DNA of 64,000 bases, taken from Centroscyllium fabricii (taxonomy: Eukaryota). The DNA lies in NCBI GenBank assembly GCA_051313645.2, contig JBNRSN020000008.1:42036001-42100000 (forward strand), read 5' to 3'. Shown in pieces: positions 24,331 to 37,949 of this stretch; positions within the stretch are counted from its first letter, which is position 1; every line of letters begins with the position of its first letter. The notes below the pieces were generated by a model, which was not told the DNA's origin, made no database searches, and was given only the letters and a program-made list of their open reading frames with translations. The translations under genes were made by a program, and so were the position numbers.

Positions 24331-27300
24331 AATTCAATTCAATTCAATTCAAATAGCTTTATTGGCATGAATGGTATCAACCGTTGTTGCCAAAGCATTG
24401 TAATATACATAAAAAAATAATACATTAGTAGACGTAATAACAACAGTACTAACAGAATATATACAACCGCATCTGTAATAATATCAATAGATATATAGTT
24501 TACATGCAGTTTCAAACAGTATCACAGTCAGTGTTGGTCATTCTCTGCCTGTGTGTGCGTTCATGTGTGCATGTTGGTCATTCACTGTCCCTCAGGTTGT
24601 GGCATGCTGTTACGTATTGTGCACCAAGCTGTGCCCTATCTCCTTCGCCAAGGATTATTTTTAGTTTTAAAGTATCATCTAATTCTTTGAAATCTGGGAT
24701 TTCTAGGCTTAGTTTGTCAAAGTATGTTTTCCTTGTTTTGTCGAATTTTTTGCATTTTAGGAGGAAGTGCATCTCTGTTTCAACCTCATCTGTCAAGCAG
24801 TGACCGCATATTCTATTTTCTCTTGGCTGCCAGGATTTCTTCTGTCTTCCTTTTTTGACTGCCAACTGGTGGTCACTTAGTCTGTACCTGGTGAGGGTCT
24901 GTCTCTGCTTTATATTTCTGACAGTTGAAAGATAGTCTGCCAATTTATAATCTCTTTCTAGGGTACGGTAGCATTCTAGTCTGCTTTGGTTTTTGGTTGC
25001 TTTTTCCCAATGTTCCAAATATGTTTCTTTGCATTTTTTGATGATTTGGTTCACTCTAATTGATGTTTGGAAAGCAGTGTTGATCTGAGACTGGTCAAGG
25101 TTTGACTGAGTAGGGGTAGTCTCAGTACCAACTGACACAGGGGACTCTTTTCTGGGTTCCGCTCTTGGGTTTGGAGGGCTTTAAACTGGAGGGAGTCTGG
25201 GGGACTAGATTTAAGGTGATTCCAAAAATTTAATATTCTTTTTTGGATATTTATAATCAGTGGGTATCTGCCTAGTTCCGCCCTACATGCGTTTGTTGGT
25301 GTTTTCCTTTGGGTGCGGAGGATGCTCCGGCAAAATTCCGCATGTAGGGCCTCCACTGTGTGTTTTTCCCATTTAGCATAACTATGATGACTGAGCGAAC
25401 CCCACACTTCACTACCATAAAGCACAATGGGTTGGATTACGCTATCAAATATTTTAAGCCAGATTTTAATTGGGATTTGGATGTTGTAGAATTTTCTTTT
25501 GATTGCATACATAGCCCTTCGAGCTTTCTCTTTTAGTGCATTCACTGCCATGCTGAAGCTCCCTGATGCTGTAATGGTTAGACCAAGGTAAGTGTAGCTC
25601 ATAGTGTGTTCGATAATGGTATCCTTAAGGGTGAATTTGTATTTGTCTTCCTGACATCTGTTTTTTTTTGTTGAAAAATCATGATGTTTGTTTTCTTTAG
25701 ATTTACTGTCAAGGCCCAATTTTGGCAGTACTCATCGAGTAGATCTAACTGTTGCTGCAGTCCCTGTTCTGTGGGAGACAGCAGAACCAGGTCATCCGCA
25801 TAGAACAGTGATTTTACCTCTCCGTCCAGAAGACGGAGGCCCGGCGCTGTGCTCTGTTCCAACTTTACTGCCAAATCGTTTATATACATATTAAACAGTG
25901 TCGGGCTCAGATTGTAGCCTTGCCGGACGCCCCTCCCCTGGGTGAAGAGACCAGTGCATTTGTCCCCAATTTTAACCCTACATTTATTGTTCAGATACAT
26001 TGATTTAATAAGGTCGTATACCTTTCCTCCTATACCGCAATGGAGAAGTTTGTAATAGAGCCCTTCATGCCAAATAGAGTCAAATGCTTTCTTAAAGTCA
26101 ATAAAACAGGCAAATATTTTACCATTTTTTACTTGGTGTATATGTTTTCCGATGAGAGTGTGAAGGGTATGGATATGGTCAGTGGTGCGGTGTTTCGGGA
26201 GGAAGCCAATTTGGTTTTTACTGAGGATATTATGTTCGCTGAGGAAATCCTGCATTCTACTATTTATAATACTGCAGAATAACTTCCCTAGGCAACTACT
26301 GACACATATGCCGCGGTAATTGTTTGGGTCTGATTTGTTTCCGCTCTTATAAATGGGCGAGATAAGCCCTTGACACCAGATATCAGGAAAATCGCCTGAA
26401 CGTTAGATGAGGTTGAATATGCTGAGCACTGCGTCCTGCATCTCCAGAGTGCTGTACTTGAGCATTTCATTTTTGATGTTGTCTGTGCCACAGGCTTTCT
26501 TTGGGTGGAGAGATTTTATTTTTGTGGCCAGTTCTTCCGAAGTAATAGAGAAGTCGAGAGGGTTTTGGTAGTCTTTAATTGTTGTTTCTAATGCTTGGAG
26601 TTTTTCTTTGATATGGGAGTAATTTGGGTTTATTTTGTTTATTGGGATGTCTTTATATAGGTTTTCAAAATGTGCTCTCCAGATATCACCATCTTGAATT
26701 GGTAATGTTTGTGGTTTTGTAGTGCTCAGGTTATTCCACATATCCCAGAATTGGTTTTGATCTATGGAGTTTTCAATCTCTTCAAGTCTTTTGTGGGTGT
26801 AATTTTGTTTTTTGTTCCTAGTAGTGTGTTTATATCTTTTGAGAGTTTCATTATATCTAATACGCAAGTCTGGGTTGTTTGGTTGGTGGTGTTTTTGGTT
26901 TGATAACCTTCTCAGATCTTTCCTGACACTTTTGCACTCGTGGTCGAACCATTTTTCATGGTTGTATTTTTTTATAATTTTTCTTTTCTGTTTCACAAGG
27001 TCAGCTTTAATAGCTGCCCTGTGGAAGATCGTGTTGATATCATCTATGGCCGTGTTTACACCATCTCTGGTAGTCTCATATAGGTTTGTCTTGAGTTTCG
27101 ATATTTTATTTGTGAGGTCAGGTGTATTCAGGGCCATGATGAACTTATCTCCACTATCTGGAGCCCATCTGTATGCCTGATTTATTTTATACAGCTTACT
27201 GGGCTCTTTTTTTATGTCTTTAGTTTGAACAGAAGACTTTAGGTACACATTGATTTGGCTATGGTCTGAGAGAGGGGATTGCTGCCTGACAGTGAATGCA

Positions 27301-28116
27301 CTGATAGTACAGGAGTCCATGTCAGTGATTGCATAGTCCACCACACTAGACCCAAGAGCTGAGGAATATGTGAACCTCCCCTGCGAGTCCCCTCTGATCC
27401 TACCATTAACTATGTACAGGCCTAAGGCTCGACAGAGATGCACTACCTCTCTGCCACTTTTATTTATTTCACAGTCAAGGTTGTTCCGGTTGGTGATGGT
27501 TGGTGTGACGTACAAGGGGGTTTGACCGAACACATGGTTGTTGCCATGTGGGTCTATGTAATCGGGTTCACATCCGGTCCTTGCATTCAGGTCCCCACAT
27601 AGTAGTACATTTCCCTGGGCCTGGAAATGGTTGATCTCCGTGTGGAGAGTTTCAAATATATCTTCTTCAAAGTATGGCGATTCTACTGGGGGTATGTAAA
27701 CAGCACATAGGTATATATCATTTCCAGTTATTCCAATTTTTAAATCTAATTTCAGCCACATATGTGACTTTCCATGTTTTATTGATGTGATGTGACTGTC
27801 TAGTTCTCCTTTGTACCACACCAAGACGCCCCCGGAGGTTCTGCCCTTACGTATATTAGTAGTTTTTACCGAGGGCACCATGACTTCATGATATCCTGAG
27901 GGGCAGTGAATGAGCGTATCTTTTCGGTACCATGTTTCTGTTAGTATCATTATATCAGTGTCTTCTATGGATTTTAGGAAATCAGGGTTCATAGTCTTCA
28001 TCCTGAAGGTTGAAGAGTAGAGATCCTGGATATTCCAGCAGCTTATGTGGAATGAACTCATTTTAGTTTTTTTCTTTTACAATTAGAGAAGGAACCTATT
28101 TTGTGGGACAGGTGTG
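24331..28116 (-). mobile_element. RTEX-like LINE, complete but frameshifted ORF2 (APE + RT + C-terminal zinc finger), ORF1 absent
   Basis: ORFs 26403-28061 (SCWNIQ, LTETW, GDLNAR, SDH), 25599-26255 (GVRQG, FYADD), 25051-25719 and 24578-25138 (RLSDH.L...GR..RICGHC..ETEMHFLLKC); (ATTGA)n tail; TSD AGAAGTC. Confidence 0.88.
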
Positions 28117-28121
28117 AGAAG

Positions 28122-28141
28122 TCTCTCTCTCTCTCTCTCTC
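28122..28141. repeat. (TC)n microsatellite
   Basis: Direct inspection. Confidence 0.95.
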
Positions 28142-28887
28142 AGAATGCGTGGTGCAAAAAGTCACCAACAAAAAAAGGCAGGAAGCAGTCACATTTAAAT
28201 AGCGCTCCCCCAGTCCCTTTCTGACTGCAGAACGCTCCCCTCAACCTGTTGTTGTTAGCAGCAGGCGGTAAGGCAGGGGATGACACACAATATCCGGTCC
28301 GGGGCGCTACCGGGGCATTGCGCACTCAATTGACGTCACCATCTGCCGGTGCAGGAGATTGTGGCAGTAGTGTTTAGCGCCGCCACAAAATGTCTAGTCA
28401 ATTTCGAGCGTGGCGCAAAAATCGCCACGTCCAGGCGCTAGTTACTTTGCGCCCCCATTAGCGCCCTCATTAACTCAGGATTTCTTTCTAGATCTCTTAC
28501 TGTTGCCCTGGAAAATAGTGCAAAATCTTAGTGACATTATCTACAAAATCAGTCACATATCTCACTATTGGGTCTCCAACAACATCTTTTTGGTCTCACT
28601 GCCTCTAGACCCTCCATTTCACTCCCATGTCCATCTCCATTTGATTTGCTTGCCTCCTCCTTTGTCTTCTAGATGTTGGCTTGCAGTGCCTTCACTTAAT
28701 TCATCTTTATTTATATAAGAAACTAGTACTGTGCATCTAGCAAAAATCTCCACAGTATATCACTCTGTAGATAAATTTGATGTTGAAACCACCTTTATTT
28801 CTATCTAAAGTCTTCTGATCTTTTCACTGTATTTTTAAAGTTCAGGCAACTAACTTTTTCAACTCTTCCAGCCACGCATTCTGGGAT

Positions 28888-29312
28888 GTCTGAGCTCTGG
28901 CTCAGTTGGTAACACCCTCGCCTCTGAGACTTGAGCACAAAAATCTAGTCCGATGCTCCAGTGCAGTGCTGAGGGAGTGCTGCACTGTTGGAGGTGCTGT
29001 TTTTCAGCGGAGACCCTGTCTGCTCTCTCAATGGACATAAAAGATCCCACGGCACTATTTCAAAGAAGAGCAGGGGAAGTTATCCCCGGTGTCTTGTTCA
29101 ATATTTATCCCTCAATCAACTTCACTAAAAAAACAGATTATCTGGTCATTATCACATTGCTGTTTGTGGGAGCTTGCTGTGCGCAATTTGGCTGCCACAT
29201 TTCCTGCATTGCAACAGTGACTACACTTCAAAAGTACTTAATTGGCTGTAAAGTGCTTTGGGACGTCTGGTGGTCGTGAAAGGCGCTATAGAAATGCAAG
29301 TCTTTCTTTTTT
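28888..29312 (+). mobile_element. SacSINE1-like DeuSINE
   Basis: TGGCTCAGTTGG A box, AAAGATCCCACGGCACTATTTC..GAAGAGCAGGGG central domain, ATAGAAATGCAAGTCTTTC tail. Confidence 0.82.
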
Positions 29313-29432
29313 TAATTAATCCCCTTTTTTTAATGCAAGTCCAGCTGTGTCCATTCTACATTCTCTGTACAGCAGTTTCTCTTTAGTTATATAGATAAAT
29401 TATTTGGAGTGTTATACTTGACATCCCTTCTG

Positions 29433-29935
29433 CTTCTTCTTAGGCAGTCCCTCGGAATCGAGGATGACTTGCTTCCACGTTAAAAATGAGCTCTCAGGTG
29501 ACTGATGAGTCCAATGCGGGACCTGCAGTCTCTGTCACAGGTGGGGCAGACGGTGGTTGAAGGGGCGGGTGGGTGGGGGGCTTGGGTTGATGTGCGCTCC
29601 TTCTGCAGTTTGCACTTGGTTTCCGCTTGCTCCTGGTGAAGAGACTCGAGGTGTTCGGCGCCTTCCCGGATGCTTCTCCTCCACTTTGTGCGGTCTTGGG
29701 CCAGGGATTCCCAGGTGTCAGTGGGGATGTTGCACTTTTTCAAGGAGGCTTTGAGGGTGTCCTTGAAACGTTTCCTCTGCCCACCTGGGGCTCTCTTGCC
29801 ATGCCGGAGCTCCGAGTAGAGCGCTTGCTCTGGGAGTCTCATACGGGCATGCGGACGATGTGACCCGTCCATCGGAGTTGATCGAGCGTGGTCAAAGCTT
29901 CGATCCTGGGATGTTGCCCTGATCGAGAACACTAA
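29433..29935 (-). mobile_element. RTE LINE 3' fragment
   Basis: LPEQALYSELRHGKRAPGGQRKRFKDTLK, CPTCDRDCRSRIGLISH; (GAA)n tail. Confidence 0.92.
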
Positions 29936-30389
29936 TGCCAGTGCACCATCTCACTTGACATCCAGTCATTAAGTGAATAAACTGGTACATTTTTCTTCAC
30001 TTAATCTTGGCAAAAATACACTCGACCTGAGTAGAAAGCAGGTTTCCCTTCTTTATGCTACAGGTTTTCAAACTGGTTTCTACGGATCTTAGGGGAGCCC
30101 ATGTAGAGGATCTCAAGGGCTTCTCTTGGTGACCAGATGTCTGTGTGTCTAGGCCCAGGTAGACCATATCCCTGCAAGCACAGTGTCTCAAGAATTAGGT
30201 GATGGATATTTTTTGCTCTATTGGTTGACTTACTGGCACATTAGTTCTGTTGCTGTACATGAATGCCCAAATGCTTTCTTGAACAAGAGCATTGTTTGCT
30301 TTTGGGTAGCTAACAAAGGGCCTGATGCATTTGTCTGTGACTGCCTTCACGCAGAAAAGTTTGGAAATCACTTGCTTCATATTTTTTTA

Positions 30390-30785
30390 ATTCATTCACA
30401 GGATGTGGGCGTCACCTACAAGGCCGGCATTTATATTACCCGTTCCTGTTTGCACTCAAGAAGGTGGTGGTGAAGTAAATGGCTTGATAGGCCATTTCAG
30501 AGGGCAGTTAAGAGTCAACCATATTTCCATGGGTCTGGAGTCACATAGAGGCCAGACTGGGTAAGGACAGCACATTTCCTTCCCTGAAATTAGTGAACCA
30601 GATGGGTTTTGTATGACAATCCGGTAGCTTACTGAGACTAGTATTTGTTATTCCAGATTTATTTAAATTAATTCAATTTAAATTCCCCAGTTGCCGTGGT
30701 GGGATTTGAACTCAGGATTATCCACTTATTTGTCCAGGTCTACTTGATTACTAAACCAGTAACATAACCACTATGCTACCATACC
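30390..30785 (-). mobile_element. Old SINE/LINE-derived repeat
   Basis: LINE 3' end shared with 9240-9290 plus a tRNA-like head (GAGTTCAAATCCC on the minus strand). Confidence 0.55.
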
Positions 30786-31007
30786 CTAAACTTATATCAC
30801 ACTGATTTTTTTTTGTCAACATTAGCAAATCTATACACCAAGGAGTACAATATACTTGCCAGAGATAACAACATTCATATTGTAATTCCGTTTATCCTGG
30901 AATTGACTCAATTTGTGCAAAAGTTGCATATGTTCCAAGTTATGAAACACTCCCTTTGTTTAAAAAAACTTGGAGTGAAAATGTTATTCTATTTACTTAT
31001 CCATAGT

Positions 31008-31546
31008 CATAGAAACATAGAAACATAGAAGATAGGAGCAGGAGTAGGCCATTTGGCCCATCGAGCCTGCTCCACCATTCAATGCGATCATGGCTGTCCC
31101 TGCCTTCTCCCCATATCCCTTGATCCCTTTAGCCTTAGGAAATATATCTAACTCCTTCTTGAATATATTCAATGAATTGGCCTCTACTGCCTTCTGTGGT
31201 AGAGAATTCCACAGGTTCACCGCTCTCTGAGTGAAGAAATTCCTCCTCATCTCTGTCCTAAATGGCTTACTCCTTAACCTTAGACTGTAACTCCTGGTTC
31301 TGGACACCCCCACCATCGGGAACATACTTCCTGCATCTAGTCTGTCCAGTCCTGATAAAATGTTATACATTTCAATGAGATCCCCTCTCATTCTTCTAAA
31401 CTCCAGCCAGTACAAGCCTAAGTGACCCACTCTCTCCTCATACATCATTCCTGCCATCCCAGGTATCAGCCTGATGAATCTTCGCTGTACTCCTTCCATG
31501 GCAAGAACATCGTTCCTTAGATAAGGTGACCAAAACTGTACACAAT
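31008..31546 (-). mobile_element. CR1 3' fragment
   Basis: CVQFWSPYLR...RRNFFTQRAVNLWNSLP; (CTATGTTT)n tail. Confidence 0.94.
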
Positions 31547-33431
31547 TAGGCTCAGAGGTGATACGGGGTCTTTTTGTGTAACCCACTTACCAAAATGGCC
31601 ACCACAGTTCCAAGTGCCTAACAATAAACAGAAACTATAATGCAGCCATTTTGAAGCAAGCTCGAGACAAGAGTTTGCTTATTACATGGATGCAGCACAA
31701 TGTTTGAAAGATTGGCTAATCCACTACAGGTTTGGATTCTTCACACTGGCTGCACCAGATGCTGACACCATAGTTTCAAATTAAAATTTCTTGAAGCATC
31801 CAGCCAAAACATCATAATTATTTGGCAGGCAAGCTTGGCATCATACACCCAACAGCTGCAGTCAATTCAGCAATTTGGTCGGAGTGGCCTCAGGAACAAG
31901 GTGCAGCCGAGCACTTCTGTTTTGTGTGAGGCAGATCAGGCTGCTCACAGAATAATTGTCAGTGGCATACTTGATGATCTTGAGTTGTTGATCCGCCCAG
32001 GGAACATGTGACCGTCTTGCAGAACCATCCATTCTGATTTGTAGGTTGTCAAAGAATCTCTGGTTAACTAGAACCCCCCGAGGGTGGGCAGATGGTACTT
32101 GCAACATAGTGTAAGTGATTTTGTGGCCGGTTTTGCAGGTGGTGGGGGGTGGGGTGAAATTGGCCTTTGCTAGTAGTGCACATGGGGCTTGTAGTGAATC
32201 AGCAGCCCATTTTCCAATTAAAATTGGGTGCGATGTAAAATGGGCCGCCGAGTCGCTAGGAGCTTCTTTTGGACTACAGGTGTTGAAGAATTTTCCCCCC
32301 GATACATCAGCATTAGTCCATTTGGTGGATGACCATTCCAACATATTGACACCAATTATATGGGTGGATGTGATTGACACCACATATCACAGGCTTTGAT
32401 TTACTGTAGTAGGATCTTAATCAGCCTCCAATTTTTGATGGCATGCTGCGGCATTGGTGGTACGCCAGGATGGAATGTTCAAAATCTTGTTTACAGGATC
32501 ACTGTTCTAGTGACCCCAGGTGTGTTGACAGTTGGCTGCGACAAATATGCAAGACTTCAACGGTGATATTGTTACTGTGGTGGATGTTGCTTCCTGAGGC
32601 AGATCCACATTGTCAATAGTGTTATTTTTCACCTGACAAACGCAGCAGATATAGTTGGAAATGCACTGCTTTCACCCTGGGCTAATTGATTCTCATTCCA
32701 AGGCTGGCAGTTTCTGTGGATAAATGATTGATAGCTTCTAACAGATGTACAGGAACGTTATCATCAGCCGCAGTCATTAGTAAAACTATCCAGCTCGTCT
32801 TTTAAAAAAAATAGCTGGTAAGAAAATCAGTTTGGAAGATATGACAGCGAAATACTGCGGATGCAGGAAATCTGAAATAACAACAGAAAAAGCTGGAAAA
32901 TCTCAGCAGGCCAGGCAACATCCATGGAGAGAGGGAAACAGAGTTAACGGCCCAAAACTAAGGGTGACAGCGGGCCGTTTTGGAGCCGGGTACTCATGCG
33001 TGTGGGCTCCAAATTGAGGGTAGCAGCCATTTCCCGGTGCTACCTGCAATTCCTATGAAGGCCAGCGGGGGATCGCGAGCTGCAGCGAGCTGAAGCACGT
33101 TCGCCTGCGCACCAGGAGGGGCACAGTAGGATTCTGTTTTTTTTTAGAGTTTTTTATCGGGGTAAGTGATGCGCAAATCAATCACGCCAGTCGTTGGTGA
33201 AAAGTAATTGAAGGCTTTTATTCAGAAAGAACTGAACCTGGTCTGCGATGAGTCCGCCCGGAATGAGAGCCAGGTGGGCGGAGCATTCTCCTTTATACCC
33301 ATACTCAGAGGCGGGGTCAGCCGGTCCAGGTCCAGGTCCTTACAGAAAGCTACAGATTTATTAACACAAACTATATACAATAATAGCACAGTGTGAACCA
33401 CACCAAATGGTTCATCAAATTCACCCCTTCC

Positions 33432-34553
33432 TCAAAAACAAGTCCCGCGGGGCGAATATCTGCACTGTGTTATCAGTCTTTGAGGAGGTCGAACAGTCCG
33501 AACAGACCTGCAAGGCAGTGGCGGCTCTCGCGAATAGGCGGGAGCAGTCTCAATTGGAAAAGGCGCCGACGGAGCTTCTGACGTGAACAGAGACTCCACC
33601 GGTGGAAGAGGTACCTCATGCGCAGGAAGATCAGGTGGAGGTGTAGCAGCCGCCGGAAGGGTAGGCTGAGCAACGTGATGAGCTCCGTCGTGCATTGTGG
33701 ATGATGAGGGCCCCGATGTAGTGTGCGCAGGTGAATGAGAAGACGGCCCTCGTTGCGAAAATGTGACCTGGGAGGGCAAGGGCTCCGCCAACGACTGTAA
33801 GTGAACGTCTCCAGCGGGCGCAAGGTCTCTAATCGAGACGGTGTCCTCACGCCCGTCTGGGTACTCCATGTAAGCATACTGAGGGTTGGCATGCAGCAGG
33901 CGCACACGTTCAACAAGAGGGTCCGTCTTGTGTCCACGGACGTGTTTCCTAAGCAGAACCGGCCCCGGGTTGGTAAGCCACGTCGGCAGAGACGTCCCCG
34001 AAGTTGATTTCCTGGGGAAAGAGAAGAGTTTCTCGTGGGCTGTACAAAAGAGGGAACGGGTAGTGTGGAGCACATCCTGGAGGACCTCCTGACAGTGGGA
34101 GGTTGGAAGGCCTCTGGAACGAAGGGCCAGGGTGATGGCCTTCCAGGTGGTCCCATTATAATGTTCTACCTGACCGTTCCCCCGGGGGTTGTAACTGGTC
34201 GTTCTGCTCGAGGCAACCACCCTCACGAGCAGAAAATGACGCAGTTCGTCACTCATAAATGAGGACCCCCGGTCGCTGTGTATGAAGCCGGGAAGGCCGA
34301 AAATGGCGAATAGCGTGATAAGATGCTTTATCACTGTTGCACTCGTCATATCTGGGCATGGGAATGCAAAAGGGAAACGGGAGAACTTGACAACCACAGT
34401 GAGAATGTACGAGATACGGTTGGTAGAGGGGAGGGGACCTTTGACGTCCACACTCAGGCGCTCGAATGGGCGGGTGGCCTTGATGAGGTGCGCCCTGTCA
34501 GGCCTGTAATACTGGGGCTTGCACTCAGCACAGACAGGGCACTCCTGCGTCAT
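33432..34553 (-). pseudogene. pol: Integrase with GPY/F-like C-terminus
   Basis: CPVC, LSVDVKGPLP, IHSDRG, NGQVE, GPVLLR..DTVSIRDLAP. Confidence 0.92.
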
Positions 34554-34742
34554 CGCCTTGATCTCCGCAATGGAATAAGGGAGATTGCGTGATTTGACGA
34601 AGTGAGCGAGCCTGGTGACCCAAGGGTGGCAGAGATTAGCGTGGAGGGTGTTCAGACTACCCGACTGGGCGCTGGCACACGATCCTCGGGACAGGGCGTC
34701 CGGGGGATCGTTAAGCTTCCCTGGCCAGTACAGAATGTCATA

Positions 34743-36832
34743 CTAAAAAGCGGAGAGGTCGATCTGCCACCTGAAGATCTTGTCATTCTTGATCATACCC
34801 CTCTGTTTATGGTGGAACATAAATGCTACTGACCACTGGTCAGTAAGAAGGGTAAAACATTTACCGGCCAAATAGTGGCGCCAGTGGCGTACTGCTTCCA
34901 CGATTGCTTGGGCCTCTTTTTCCACTGAAGAGTGGCGGACTTCAGGGCCCTGTAGGGTACGGGAGAAGAAAGCGACGGGCCTGCCTGCCTGGTTAAGGGT
35001 GGCGGCCAGGGCGAAGTTTGAGGCGTCGCTTTCGACCTGGAAGGGAAGAGACTCATCAATGGCGTGCATGGTTGCCTTGATGATGTCTTGCTTGATATGC
35101 GAAAATGCAATTTGGGCCTCTAACGGGAGCGGGAAGGAAGTAGCTCTGAGGAGAGGCCGGGCCTTATCAGCATAATGGGGAACCCATTGTGCATAATACG
35201 AGAAAAACCCCAGGCATCTCCTCAAAGATTTGGGGGAGTGCGGCAGGGGCAGCTCCTGAAGGGGGCGCATACGTTCGGGATCAGGGCCGAGGACCCCGTT
35301 CTCAATTATGTAGCCGAGGATAGCCAACCGGTTAGTGTTGAAAACGCACTTATCCTCATTGTAAGTAAGGTTCAGACGCTGGGCCGTACGGAAAAACCTG
35401 TCGAAATTGGCATCATGATCTTGCTGGTCATGGCCGCAGATTGTGACATTGCCCAAATACGGGAATGTGGCCTGAAAGGGTACTGGTCAACCATTCGGTC
35501 CATCTCCCGTTGGAAGACCGAAACTCCATTGGTAACCCCAAAGGGGACCCGGAGGAAGTGAAAAATGCACCCATTTGCCTCGAAGGCAGTGTATTTACGG
35601 TCCTCAGCTCTGATGGGGAGCTGGTGATAGGCCGACTTAAGGTCGATGGTGGAGAAGACCTTATACTGGGCAATCTGATTGACCATGTCATTGATCCTAG
35701 GAAGCGGGTAAGCGTCGGGCGCAGTGTAGCGGTTAATGGTCTGACTATAGTGAATGACCATGCGCTGTTTGTCGCCCGACTTAACCACTACCACCTGGGC
35801 CTGCCACGGGCTGTTACTGGCCTCGATGATGCCCTCCCGCAACAACCGAGCAACCTCTGCCTTAATAAAGGTGTGGTCCCCCGCGCTGTATCGCCGACTC
35901 TTGGTTGCAATGGGCTTGCAGTCAAGGTCAAGGTTGGCGAACAGCGAGGGGGGGTCTATCTTCAAGGTAGACAGATCGCAAGAGGAGTGTGGTTGTGAGG
36001 CAGGGCAGTCACGGCTGCTGACCGTGAGATGAGGCAGGGGACCGCCGTACGCCATCGTCATGCTCTGCAGGTGGCACTTGAAATCCAGGCCAAGCAACAC
36101 AGTGGCGCAGAGCTGTGGGAGGACGTACAGTGGAAAGTTGCGGTATGTCGTCCCCTTCACAGTAATGGTGACTGTACAGCAGCCGATGACGTCCACAGTC
36201 TGGGACTCGGAGGCGAGGGAGATGTTACGATGTGCGGGCCTAACCCTGAGGGAATAACGGCTCACTGTACCAGGGTGTATGAAGATCTCCGTACTCCCAG
36301 TGTTGAACAGACAGCGGGTGAGGTGCCCCTCCACCCGGATGGGCATCATTGATAAAATAAGCGACGGGTTTGGGGCCGTAGAGGCAAGTGTAGTGTGCGC
36401 GCTGGGGCCCTTGTGCAAAGCTGGGTCTGCGTGTGATGGCGACGCCCGTGATTTGCACGCGGCGGGCCGCGGTGGGGTTTCGGACCGTCGGGCGCCCGAA
36501 TGCTGAATTGGTCTGGAGTGGTCTGTTGCTGCTGCCAGAATCGTAGTGGTTGCTGTGAAGTTGCCAGTTACTGCAGGTGCCTGTTCTTTTAAATTGTTCC
36601 TACACCAAGATGGCGGTGGCACGTGATGGGGCGGGCCCGCTGCAGTCGGAATGCGGGCTGTCCTATACAAAGATGGTGGTGTCACATGATGGGCGGGGCC
36701 GCTGCAGCTGTGACGCAGGAAGATGGCGTCATCACGTGATGGGGCGGGGCCTCTGTTGCCGGGATGCAGGCCATCCTGCACGAAGATGGCGGCGTCGCGT
36801 GATGGGGCGGGGCCGCTACTGCCGTCCTGCAC
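34743..36832 (-). pseudogene. pol: Pol protease, RT and RNase H, frameshifted
   Basis: CLFNTGS, IDLKSAYHQ, VPFGVTNG, PYLGNV at the YxDD position, VESDAS, SVEKEA. Confidence 0.9.
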
Positions 36833-36872
36833 GAAGATGGCGGCTCACGTGATGGGGCGGGGCCTCTGCTGC
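36606..36872. repeat. Five-copy GC-rich minisatellite between gag and protease
   Basis: Unit core AAGATGGCGGC-N-CACGTGATGGGGCGGGGCC, about 50-63 bp spacing. Confidence 0.85.
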
Positions 36873-37058
36873 CCGGAGGCCCGACGGCGCCCGCGTTTCG
36901 TGCCGCTCCAACGAAGAAGAAGGCCGCACCCCCAAAGATGCCGATACAGCGCGGGATCCGACGGAGGGAAAAAGACGCCCGCGCCCCCAACGATGGCAGA
37001 CGACGCTGGCAGGCCGCACCCGAGGCAAGTTAAGTAGGAATTGTTCTGGGGGCCGCTG

Positions 37059-37949
37059 TTAGGGAGCGCCAGGTACCTGAGGCCACTCTGTGGCGTGGAC
37101 ATCGCAGGCTCCTGCCGTTTTGCTTGCAGATTCCGGGGCCGATCGGCAGACCTTCGCAAAGTGGCCCTTCTTGCCACATTTGGAGCAGGATGACGATTTT
37201 GCTGGGCAGGAGCTTCGTGGATGGCGTTTCTGGCCACAAAAATAGCATTTCAGAGGCTTTGGCTGTCCAGATGGCGCCGTGGCCGCCACGGTCGCCATCG
37301 AGGGCGTCGGACGCGAGTCCCAAGGCCCAGGGGAAATCGTGTGGGAGCCGTGCCCCGTGTACGAATCCAGGCTTCGGAGGGCCCCATCCACCGCGTTGGA
37401 GAGCTTCACCGCCTGATTCAGGGACAAATTATCCTGCTCGAGCAGGCGGGTGTGAGCTGGGGCCGATCTGATTCCTGCCACGTAGGCATCGCAGATGAGG
37501 AGGTCCATGTGCTCCTGGGCATTAACAGGGGCACATCCGCAGCACAGAGCGAGAGCTTGAAGAGCCTCCAGAAAAGCTTCATTCAACTCACCATGCTGTT
37601 GACTCCGCGTGGCGAGTAGATGGCGAGCGTAGACGGCGTTGACTGGCTGGAGGTATCGAGCCCTCAGCAGCTCCAATGCTGCATCGTAGTCAGTGGCATT
37701 CTTAATAATAGAATATACCCTGCCACTCACGCAGGAGACCTGGACTAGTCTCCTGTGCGCATCGCTGACTTCAGCCACTACCAGGAACGATTCGAAACAG
37801 CTCAGCCAGTGCTCAAAATCGTTCGACGCGTTCGGTGCCTGGGGGTTGAGGTCGAGAGTTTTCCATTTAAGGATAGTTTTCCAGCTTTCTGAAGGTGTTG
37901 GCTGGTGTGCTGCTGGCTGGTGGCTCTGTTGTTGATCATCATTCTGCAT
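37059..37949 (-). pseudogene. gag: Gag with two CCHC knuckles
   Basis: CYFCGQKRHPRSSC and CSKCGKKGHFAKVC. Confidence 0.88.

Larger units (their letters stand above)
23711..28490. mobile_element. Old MITE hosting the hammerhead insert and the RTEX-like LINE
   Basis: Degenerate inverted ends TAGGGGAAGAAATTCAG / CAGGATTTCTTTCTA; GCGCC-rich subterminal sequence at both ends. Confidence 0.45.

Noticed and set aside
30027-30171. Possible minus-strand exon (DMVYLGLD...LLSTQ)
   Set aside because: Weak donor (GTCGAG), no recognisable domain, and phase incompatible with the 21865-22002 candidate.
31862-32633. Minus-strand ORF pieces (MDGSARR..., VKNNTIDNVDLPQ...)
   Set aside because: The longer ORF runs through a MITE remnant; the other stops after about 41 codons; neither is a recognisable protein.
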